NCBI GenBank assembly: GCA_022563455.1
Contig: JADFNI010000003.1
Span: forward strand, 12,666 to 44,665
Reading direction: 5' to 3'
Length of the DNA: 32,000 nucleotides
From: Nanobdellota archaeon
Lineage (GTDB): Archaea; Nanobdellota; Nanobdellia; Pacearchaeales; GW2011-AR1
Shown here: in pieces, positions 25,053 to 32,000 of the stretch
How positions within the stretch are numbered: position 1 is the first letter of the stretch
Layout: the number at the start of each line of letters is the position of its first letter
Made by a program: the position numbers and the translations under genes
The notes under the pieces: model-generated
The model's input: only the letters and a program-made list of their open reading frames with translations
Told to the model about the DNA's origin: nothing
Databases searched by the model: none

Positions 25053-25487
25053 CTAAAGGGGATAGATGCCAACAAGTTTTGCTCTCATAAGCGCGCTTAT
25101 AAGCTGCTTATCCTTAATTATATTAGGACAGTTGTGGATGTTATTCTCTCTCGCCTCATTAAAAATCGGCACTAATTCATCTTCACCTAGAAGCTCATCT
25201 TCACTTCCCCATCTACGAAAATTGATACGGGCATCCAGAAGTTCTTCGCAAAGCATGCCTACATTTGGAAAAGTACAAAATGTCAAAAGAACGAGAGGGC
25301 CTTGATCAAAATCAACTTCTATCCGGATTATGCCTACTTCAGGAAATGCATTCTTTATATTTATCTTAGGATCTTGGGGTAGAAGATATCCATGGGATCC
25401 TTCCATACATATTAGAATTATTCTAGCTGTAGTAGTGAACATCAGCTGTCGATCAGGAGTAATTTCTTCTATATCGAAATTAGGCAT
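25053..25487 (-). CDS. Hypothetical cytoplasmic protein, 144 aa (paralog family member)
   Basis: GGGGAA SD site. Shares CME, IRIEVDFDQGPLVLLTFCTF and ARINFRRWGSEDELLGEDEL blocks with 23060-23410. Confidence 0.55.
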   Translation of the reverse strand: MPNFDIEEITPDRQLMFTTTARIILICMEGSHGYLLPQDPKINIKNAFPEVGIIRIEVDFDQGPLVLLTFCTFPNVGMLCEELLDARINFRRWGSEDELLGEDELVPIFNEARENNIHNCPNIIKDKQLISALMRAKLVGIYPL

Positions 25488-25815
25488 TTTGGTTCCCCTA
25501 TTATACGTATTCCATTAAGGAAATGTAGATTGATGTGTATGAAATACCTATTAGGGGGTATTTCGGTTGATTTTTAAAGATCTCGCATGGAGGTCTCTAT
25601 TAGAAATTTGTCTCTTTTTACCTATTTCTTTCTTGAAAAGAGGTTTTTCTTTGTCTTTTCGTTAGGTAATTTTTTTAGATCCTTTTTTGTTGTTTGTGTG
25701 TCGGGGCTAATCTTGAGGCTGTTGTGCTTCAAGGTTGCGTTGTCGTTTGTGTTTTGGATCTATTGTTTGTTTTGTGTTTTATTTTGTTTTAAATGTGATT
25801 TGATTAGTTAGATAC

Positions 25816-27756
25816 TCAGGCTAATCTTATTAATTTTTTCCAGCCTTTTTCGTATTTTATTTCTTCAATTTTTACTAGTCCTTTTTCTTGAAGAGATGTT
25901 TTAATATTAGTTCCTTTTCTGGCTGATAAATTAACAGCTTTGTAAACTTCTGTTGTGCTCATATTGTGGGCTGGATTTTCTTGCAAGAATTTCATGAAGA
26001 CTTGCTCATCTTTTGATAAAGATGTGTTTCCTAGGTTGTTACCCCTTTTAAGTGTTACTGTTAGCTCATTTTCGAAGATTTTGTTGATTACGAGAATTAT
26101 ATCCCTACTTGTGTAATCTCCTTGTAATTTGCTTTTTTCTAAGGTTTCTTCTATTTGATCTAGCCCGTATCCTGCATTTAAGTATTCATTTACATAATCG
26201 TAAAGCATAGATTGAACTTCGTTAAATTCATTAATTTTATCTTTTCTTTTAACTAAGATATCTTCTTCAGAAGGGGTATTCTCTTTGGAGACTCCTTGAG
26301 GATCTTCTAAAATTTTTGTTTTGTCCTCGCTATATACAATACTTTTATTGAATTCATCTTCCGGATTTTCTTCAAATTCTTTTGAGAAAGTTATAGCTTT
26401 CATTCTGTTTTTGATATCTTCATCTGTTATAATTATGCTTCGATCTTCCTTTTCTACTTTAATTAAGAATGGTTTTGGGTATCTTTCAGAGAGTTTTACA
26501 ATTGCGGAACCTACTGGAAGCTGTGAGAAATAATGTTTATTTTCTCGAAGCTGCATTAATTCACTTATATCAAAAATGTCTTGTGGAAGTTGAGCTTGAA
26601 ACGCGATATGACATGCAGAATTTCCTTTTACTGTGTCTGAGATTTTAGAAATATGTTGGTCTAAACAAATTAGGCTTGTTCCGTATTCTCTCATTTCTCT
26701 GTAAATCATATCTGTAACGGACTCATTTGCGAAGTTTGTTGGCTTTTTTAAGAATATGTTATGGGCTTCGTCGACGATTATTGCGTGTTTGAATTTTCCA
26801 GAAAAGTTGCTTGATTCTGCTTTTTTCATCTTGTAAATGTAGATTAATATAAATTCGCAGAAGACTTTTTTCTCGATGTTTCCAAGAGAATTTAACTCCA
26901 TGATTACCCTTTTATCAAGTAAATCTTTTACACTGAGGCTGTTATCTCCCTTGTAGTTTAGTGTTTTTCCAAATTCACCGAATGTTAAAACTGTTGCAAC
27001 TCTTAAGGCTGACTCAATCCACCCAGCTTCTCTTCCTTGCGTTCTTCCTAATTTTTCTTCTAATTTCCATTTAAGATGGTTCCAAGTTGGATAGTTTTCA
27101 GAGCCTGAATAGATTCCCCATTCTTTGAATGCCTCGTCAAGAGTTTCTAATAAAACTTTGTGAACACCAAAAGATGCTTGGAAACTTTCAACCAAAAAAT
27201 CGCAAAGTACGTTGATCCATTCTTTTGGGGAGATTCCAATTGGTGGTTGATTTATATTTGTCTTAAATAAATTGCTTACAGCCTCGTTACCGATGGTAAA
27301 ACTAAGTATTGTATTGTCTTTTGCTACAAGTGGTCTAAAGGATTTTTTCCAATCGAATACTAAGTATGGTTTGTTGTTTGCTTTTAAAGCGTCTAATATT
27401 TTAAATGCAAAATTTGTTTTACCTGAACCTGACATACCCGTAACACAAATATGTCTTGGAAAATCTTGTTCTCGAAGACTAAATGGATATAGGTTTTTTT
27501 TAGCGTAAGAAACTGTTGCTAAATTGTACTTTCCTGAAACTTGGTTTTGCATTGGAGGTTCTAGTAAAACTCCCTTGTCAAGGAGCATGTTAAGATTTTT
27601 TTGATATAATGCGTTTAAGATGTGTGCTATTTCTTCACGTTCTTCTCTAGTTTCAGCAATAGAATACTGGAAGTATACCTTGTCTACTTTGTCTCCTAAT
27701 ATTGGTCTTAAGTTATTACAAATTTCTTCTACTGTTAGGGGGCGTTGAATTGTCAT
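25816..27756 (-). CDS. FtsK/HerA-superfamily P-loop ATPase (DUF87-like) with C-terminal winged-helix-like domain
   Basis: 646 aa. Walker A motif VTGMSGSGKTN and Walker B motif HAIIVDEAHN. The C-terminal ~70 aa is HTH-like (MSTTEVYKAVNLSARKGTNIKTSLQEKGLV). Low GC and no SD site, matching the host flanks. Confidence 0.75.
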   Translation of the reverse strand: MTIQRPLTVEEICNNLRPILGDKVDKVYFQYSIAETREEREEIAHILNALYQKNLNMLLDKGVLLEPPMQNQVSGKYNLATVSYAKKNLYPFSLREQDFPRHICVTGMSGSGKTNFAFKILDALKANNKPYLVFDWKKSFRPLVAKDNTILSFTIGNEAVSNLFKTNINQPPIGISPKEWINVLCDFLVESFQASFGVHKVLLETLDEAFKEWGIYSGSENYPTWNHLKWKLEEKLGRTQGREAGWIESALRVATVLTFGEFGKTLNYKGDNSLSVKDLLDKRVIMELNSLGNIEKKVFCEFILIYIYKMKKAESSNFSGKFKHAIIVDEAHNIFLKKPTNFANESVTDMIYREMREYGTSLICLDQHISKISDTVKGNSACHIAFQAQLPQDIFDISELMQLRENKHYFSQLPVGSAIVKLSERYPKPFLIKVEKEDRSIIITDEDIKNRMKAITFSKEFEENPEDEFNKSIVYSEDKTKILEDPQGVSKENTPSEEDILVKRKDKINEFNEVQSMLYDYVNEYLNAGYGLDQIEETLEKSKLQGDYTSRDIILVINKIFENELTVTLKRGNNLGNTSLSKDEQVFMKFLQENPAHNMSTTEVYKAVNLSARKGTNIKTSLQEKGLVKIEEIKYEKGWKKLIRLA

Positions 27757-27763
27757 AATAAAT

Positions 27764-28210
27764 TTACTTAAGAATATCCCTAATCATTTCTGATCTAGAT
27801 TCTTTTTCGTTTAGTTCTTTAGTTCTTTCTCGAAGTTCTCGTTTTAATAATGCGATATCTCTCCAGCATCCGACTTTTTCGTTTAGTTGAACTTCGGAGA
27901 TGTCGATTTGTTTTTTTCGAAGTTCGGATCTTTCTCGAACGAATTCTGAATCGTCTTCTCCTTTTGGTGCGTTTTCCATTAGAAAATTATTAATGTTTGT
28001 CTTCATACCCTCAGCTTCTTTGATGAATTTATCACTAAGATTTATTCTTTCACTAATCATGCTATCAATTTCCTCTATTGTATCTTTTAAGGAATCTACC
28101 TTACCCTCACCAACATTTACTAATGGGTCGGTTTTAGGTTTTTCGTTGACGTTCCAAATATCTTCAGGGACGTATTTCTTAGGTATTTCGTTAATTATAG
28201 GGTCTTCCAT
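27764..28210 (-). CDS. Acidic coiled-coil protein, 148 aa, operonic with the ATPase
   Basis: Its stop lies 7 nt before the ATPase start. Heptad-rich charged sequence with no motif recognised. Confidence 0.5.
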   Translation of the reverse strand: MEDPIINEIPKKYVPEDIWNVNEKPKTDPLVNVGEGKVDSLKDTIEEIDSMISERINLSDKFIKEAEGMKTNINNFLMENAPKGEDDSEFVRERSELRKKQIDISEVQLNEKVGCWRDIALLKRELRERTKELNEKESRSEMIRDILK

Positions 28211-28358
28211 GGTATTTCTATCGAAAAAGGCTTTATAAATGTTTTGGTATGTTGTTACTATATAGTTAGGACAAAATATAATAGGTATTTATTTTCAGTG
28301 TCATTATTTAATAATAACATATGCAAAAATATTTAAAGGATTACTAATTAACTTTAAA

Positions 28359-29117
28359 ATGGGTTTAAGATATATTCTTAATGGGCTTGGTGTAGCAGTT
28401 ATAATTGGGACATCTTTTCAAGCTAATGCTAGAGATATAGCCTCTGAAGTTAATAATACTTCAACTACCTCCTTAATAGATATATTAGAAGACCGGGGTA
28501 ACTGTGGGGGTGGGATAAATTTTAAAACAAGTACAAAATCAGAAAGAATTGAAAAATTGTTTAGAGAGGGTGGATCAACTGGATTATCTTTTGGATTTAA
28601 TTGTTATAATATCGATACTTCTGTAAATACAACATATCCATTGAAAAATAATTTTAATTTAGATAAAGCGCATATAGAAATTGGATATTCTAAATCATTT
28701 GAAGATTTATCTGCAAGGTTAGGTATTACTTCTGTAATAAAAAGGTTTGGAGAAGATGATCATTTAATCGAGGGTAATGTGTTATTTTCAGGATTATCTT
28801 ATTTTGATTTAAAATTTGGATTAAAACAGTCATTAGTTAAGAAATCAACAGAATTTGGTATGGAAGTAAGAAGGAAATTTAAAATTGGGAAATATTTTGG
28901 ATTTAAGTGGTCTTATAGACCTTCATTTGAAATAGGATGTAGCTTTGAAGAAGGTGAAAATGGTTGTCCTATGAATTACACACCTAAACTTAGATTAAAA
29001 GGAAAAAGAGGAGATCTTTTTGTAAAATTAACTGGATTGCATAAATTTTATGATGGAAAGAAAGAAGATACTGATAAATTATCAATTAGTTTAGGTTATG
29101 TATTTAAATTAGATTAA
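28359..29117 (+). CDS. Secreted beta-strand-rich protein, possible small beta-barrel
   Basis: 252 aa. Signal peptide ...GTSFQANA|RD. Repeated amphipathic strand-like segments (AHIEIGYSKSF, LFSGLSYFDLKFGL, FGMEVRRKFKIG, FGFKWSYRPSFEIG, LSISLGYVFKLD). Confidence 0.5.
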   Translation: MGLRYILNGLGVAVIIGTSFQANARDIASEVNNTSTTSLIDILEDRGNCGGGINFKTSTKSERIEKLFREGGSTGLSFGFNCYNIDTSVNTTYPLKNNFNLDKAHIEIGYSKSFEDLSARLGITSVIKRFGEDDHLIEGNVLFSGLSYFDLKFGLKQSLVKKSTEFGMEVRRKFKIGKYFGFKWSYRPSFEIGCSFEEGENGCPMNYTPKLRLKGKRGDLFVKLTGLHKFYDGKKEDTDKLSISLGYVFKLD

Positions 29118-29152
29118 CAAGTTACAAACGTTTTCTTTTAAATACTTATAAG

Positions 29153-30232
29153 TTATCTAAAAACGACTATATCTCTAGATATAAATTGATCTGGACGGGA
29201 CTCTTCAATTGGGTTCATTATAATTTTGAGGTTTGTTTTTGCCGCTATTTTTTTTGAGTTGACTCTAAACTTTCTTATTTTTGGAAATGTTATTGCTATT
29301 TTTGCATAGTCTTTTTTGCATTTTTTTAAATGGGAAAGAATTGGAATTATGAATGCTTCGAAATTTTGAATTATATTTTTAGATTCAATATCACTTGGTT
29401 TTTTTCGAAGAACCTTTCCGAGTGGAGTTTCCGTCGCTATTGCTCCAAATTGAAGATCTGGAGTTTTTCTTGCATCTTTGTTTTCCAAAGTATACTTAGT
29501 TTTTATTTCATATTCTTCTTCAATCCATTTGAGATTTTGTTTTGCACCCTCAATTGCTTTTTTATTTAAGTCTATTCCATAGGATTTTATGTTTTTTAGT
29601 ATACTCTCAGTTAGTATTGCACCTATTCCACAGAAGGGATCAAGTAAATGGTCTCCCCTTTTAGCACCTGATAGGTTTATTAGAATTAGAGAGAGTCTTG
29701 GAGAAATTGCTAGGTGTTCTCGTCGGATAGGCTTTTTCATGTCCCTTTTTTTGACCTCAGTATAGTCATACTCTTCTGTAGCTAGTCCATAGTAGATTGT
29801 GTTGTTATTTTCTTGTAAAAATAATGAATAGTTAGTTTTTGGGAGTGATGAGGTTTTTTCGTTTTGAAATTTAATAATCCTTTTTCCAGTTTTTAATATA
29901 GCTTTTCTTTTTTCAGATTTAAACTTCTCTTTTATTAATATTGGCTCCATGTTTCCAAAAACTGAATATGAAAATTTGTCGGAATCGATTAGATCTTTAT
30001 TTTTTAAATATTCTTTTAGTTTAGTCTCGTTTCCTTCAAAAGTTATTTCTCCGATTTTTAGGATTCCTCCTAGATCTTGTATGTTGAATTTTTCGTTTTC
30101 AGCAGTTTCTAAAATTAAGATGTTTTCTTCGAAGAGGATTATCTTATGATATCTTTTTCTTGCTTCTAAATAGGATAAAAGTTCTTCACGAGAGAGTTCA
30201 GGATTTCTTCCTAGGATAAAAAAGTGTTTCAT
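29153..30232 (-). CDS. SAM-dependent RNA (tRNA guanine-N2-type, Trm11/UPF0020-like) methyltransferase
   Basis: 359 aa. Motif I LDPFCGIGAILTE and a motif IV-like ATETPLG, preceded by an N-terminal THUMP-like region. Confidence 0.6.
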   Translation of the reverse strand: MKHFFILGRNPELSREELLSYLEARKRYHKIILFEENILILETAENEKFNIQDLGGILKIGEITFEGNETKLKEYLKNKDLIDSDKFSYSVFGNMEPILIKEKFKSEKRKAILKTGKRIIKFQNEKTSSLPKTNYSLFLQENNNTIYYGLATEEYDYTEVKKRDMKKPIRREHLAISPRLSLILINLSGAKRGDHLLDPFCGIGAILTESILKNIKSYGIDLNKKAIEGAKQNLKWIEEEYEIKTKYTLENKDARKTPDLQFGAIATETPLGKVLRKKPSDIESKNIIQNFEAFIIPILSHLKKCKKDYAKIAITFPKIRKFRVNSKKIAAKTNLKIIMNPIEESRPDQFISRDIVVFR

Positions 30233-30239
30233 TGGATTC

Positions 30240-30260
30240 TTTCTTTTTTGAAAAAAGAAA
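30240..30260. terminator. AT-rich inverted repeat / T-run (possible bidirectional terminator)
   Basis: TTTCTTTTTT-g-AAAAAAGAAA is a perfect 10-bp inverted repeat between the 123-aa ORF and the methyltransferase gene. Confidence 0.3.
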
Positions 30261-30351
30261 TTTCCCCCAAGTAGAAAAACATAGATTCCAAAACTCCGTT
30301 TTGATTTAGTATCATGGAAGGACTAGTTGGGGAAGGTTTTTAGGTGTTTTG

Positions 30352-30723
30352 TTATGTTACTTGGTCTAGACCTGTTCCGTCTTCGATTATATCTGTTGCC
30401 ATTTCTTCAAGATCCTCCTTTTTATCTCCGTAAAGTGTAAATTTTCTAGAATACCAAAAACTTTTGCGAAATTCTATCTCTCCCGGTTCTCCTATGGGTT
30501 CGTAATGATTAACTACTTGAGTTACTCTTATTGCAATTCCTGGTTCTACAAAGTATGTTCTTGCATGCTTAATTTTTGCATGAATTAAAGGATCTCCTTC
30601 TCTACTTATTTCTCTGGAGTAGTGCGCAGTTTCTTTTACTTCACGATCTACTAATTCACGAAATTTCGCTTCAATAAATCTTGGGGGAGATGCTTTTTCT
30701 ATATATTTCAACTTTATTATCAT
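30352..30723 (-). CDS. Hypothetical protein, 123 aa
   Basis: Clean ORF in host composition, downstream of the ribosomal protein genes. No motif recognised. Confidence 0.5.
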   Translation of the reverse strand: MIIKLKYIEKASPPRFIEAKFRELVDREVKETAHYSREISREGDPLIHAKIKHARTYFVEPGIAIRVTQVVNHYEPIGEPGEIEFRKSFWYSRKFTLYGDKKEDLEEMATDIIEDGTGLDQVT

Positions 30724-30768
30724 TAGTTATTAAAATGTAAACAAGCTATATATCTTTTTCTATTTGCC

Positions 30769-31320
30769 CTACTTTTTAGAAGGGATATTAGTTTTAAAAG
30801 TCAATGTTCTTATCTTGCAAGGAAGTCTTGCTTTTGCTGATCTTATTAATTTTCTAGCGATGACTTCTGCTCTTTCGTTTTTGATTGCTATTATGAATAA
30901 CGTTTGACCTGGTTTTATTAGGGCTGCTCTGCCCATTGTTTTTCCAAAAGCTCGACTCATTCCAGTTTGCATACGGTCTGCTCCGGCCCCTGTAAGCATT
31001 TTATTTTCTCTTAATATATGGTGTGGATAGGGTTTTACTTCAAAGTAGAATTCTTTTCCGATTCTTGTTTGGATGAAACGATTAAGGTACTGTCTTACAG
31101 CTTCTATTGCGTTATCTCTTAGTTGGATTTTTTCTTTAGAAATTACATGAAGCTGGATCTGGTATTCATTATTATCGAAGCCTTTTATGTCTCCCATTTT
31201 GAATTTTACGATTTTTGCATTTGGAACAGTTTTAATATAGGACTTTTTTCTTTTCTTGGATTTTCGAGTGTAAGGTCTTGTGTATCTTTTTGTATAGGCT
31301 GAGCCTTTTCGAAGTGCCAT
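30769..31320 (-). CDS. rpl10e: 50S ribosomal protein L10e (uL16)
   Basis: 183 aa. Signature ...HHILRENKMLTGAGADRMQTGMSRAFGKTMGRAA... is characteristic of archaeal/eukaryotic L10e. Confidence 0.9.
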   Translation of the reverse strand: MALRKGSAYTKRYTRPYTRKSKKRKKSYIKTVPNAKIVKFKMGDIKGFDNNEYQIQLHVISKEKIQLRDNAIEAVRQYLNRFIQTRIGKEFYFEVKPYPHHILRENKMLTGAGADRMQTGMSRAFGKTMGRAALIKPGQTLFIIAIKNERAEVIARKLIRSAKARLPCKIRTLTFKTNIPSKK

Positions 31321-31321
31321 T

Positions 31322-31591
31322 TTACTTTAATACCTCAATTGCTGTTCCTAATGCTTGACCTGGAAGGCCGTGTTCAAAAATTGCTCTGACGACACCATTG
31401 TTTCCGTGCGCACTTGAGATTTTTCCAATTAACTTTTTAGGGATTTTTCCAGGACTAGTCCATTCAACTTGGACTCCGACGTATTTCGCTGCCTCTTCTC
31501 TGGAATTTGAACCTGGAATTTCAATAATAAAGTGTCTAGGTGTGTAATTTTTTCTTCCTCTTCTGAACTGTAGAACTTTTCCAGTGACCAT
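31322..31591 (-). CDS. rpl35ae: 50S ribosomal protein L35Ae (eL33)
   Basis: The VTGKVLQFRRGRK...SREEAAKYVGVQVEW...HGNNGVVRAIFEHGLPGQALG pattern matches L35Ae. The ATG at 31591 gives the usual ~90 aa, though upstream ATGs to 31648 are possible. It lies 1 nt from the rpl10e start. Confidence 0.85.
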   Translation of the reverse strand: MVTGKVLQFRRGRKNYTPRHFIIEIPGSNSREEAAKYVGVQVEWTSPGKIPKKLIGKISSAHGNNGVVRAIFEHGLPGQALGTAIEVLK

Positions 31592-31694
31592 GATAACTCT
31601 TTTGAAAAGTTGGTTTTTAAAGATTGGCATTGATGTAACTTTTTGCATGTTTTTTAAATGAAAAACTTAATAAGCCAAATTTCTAATAATTAAG

Positions 31695-32000
31695 ATGGAT
31701 AAAAGAGGAATTTCTGCAGTTGTAGCCACAGTCCTAATGATTTTGCTGACAATTGCTGCTATTGGTGTCATATGGTTATCAACTCTGAATATTGTCGATG
31801 CTGATTTTAAAAATTCTAATGTTCGAGTCGGAATTATTTCTAGTGAGGGATATACTTTTTATGACCCTATTAATAAAACTGTTTGTGTCCAGGTAACGAG
31901 AAGTTCTGATGGGGGAGATATTGAGAAGATAAGAATAATTTTTGCATTTGATGATGGGAATTCTTTTTCTATTGCAGTCGATGCACCAGAAGTCAATAGT
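31695..32000 (+). CDS. Archaeal type IV pilin-like protein (class III signal peptide), 3'-truncated by the window end
   Basis: MDKRGISAVVATVLMILLTIAAIGVIW is the archaeal prepilin/DUF361-type N-terminus. The ORF stays open to position 32000. Confidence 0.65.
   Translation, partial: MDKRGISAVVATVLMILLTIAAIGVIWLSTLNIVDADFKNSNVRVGIISSEGYTFYDPINKTVCVQVTRSSDGGDIEKIRIIFAFDDGNSFSIAVDAPEVNS

Larger units (their letters stand above)
15020..25815 (-). other. Compositionally foreign ~10.8 kb block with bacterial-style expression signals and gene content
   Basis: GC rises by eye from roughly 25-35% in the flanks to roughly 43-47%. All credible ORFs lie on the minus strand, each with an SD site 3-8 nt before the start. 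The flanking genes I checked lack SD sites, and several of them have TATA boxes. Confidence 0.6.

Noticed and set aside
15469-25487. Block-wide reassignment of TAG to a sense codon (code-15-like)
   Set aside because: Several observations are tempting. About 8 of the roughly 21 apparent ORF ends are TAG. Read-through of the 80-aa ORF (TAG at 17282) and of the pilin would each end at a TGA overlapping the next ATG (ATGA at 17180-17183 and 19551-19554). However, the OMP-like protein ends on its expected terminal Phe directly before TAG-TGA. Read-through of 23060..23410 would run about 110 codons into the next gene in another frame. The pilin read-through would cross an intergenic module that is repeated elsewhere. 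The coding strand is also T-poor, so long open frames are expected by chance. It needs a genome-wide codon and tRNA/RF analysis before being believed.

Overview
This looks like a low-GC archaeal chromosome segment. The evidence is an archaeal-type GluRS, PEP synthase, ribosomal proteins L10e and L35Ae, an archaeal class-III-signal pilin, and genes with no Shine-Dalgarno (SD) site but a TATA box about 25 nt upstream of the ATG. A DPANN-like origin is only an inference from the low GC and the gene set. Between about 15.0 and 25.8 kb the segment is interrupted by a ~10.8 kb block of visibly higher GC. Every credible gene in the block lies on the minus strand and carries a GGAG-type SD site, and most have a CA-rich leader. 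The block's content looks bacterial (diderm) rather than archaeal. It includes a prepilin with a G|LTLIEL motif broken by an in-frame TAG, a lipobox lipoprotein, and an OMP-like beta-barrel protein ending in F. It also holds a glycine-zipper membrane protein, an RHH regulator, three paralogous small proteins, and an operon of eight mostly tiny, highly charged ORFs, five of which are missing from the ORF track. The block also contains repeated hairpin-plus-box intergenic modules, duplicated promoter/leader units (some now followed only by mini-ORFs), a 10-bp iteron-like tandem repeat, and a ~420 nt multi-hairpin noncoding region at its left border. I found no integrase, transposase, tRNA, rRNA or CRISPR array. 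The block could be inter-domain transfer, an unusual integrated element, or an assembly chimera, and sequence alone cannot decide. On the right it abuts a host-composition FtsK/HerA-type ATPase with a coiled-coil partner. Elsewhere the window holds a split GlcD/GlcF-like oxidoreductase cluster, an uncharacterised operon at 5.2-10.1 kb containing an interrupted TIM-barrel protein, and a PEP synthase with a 164-aa acidic tail. All homology calls come from motif recognition by eye; no searches were run.
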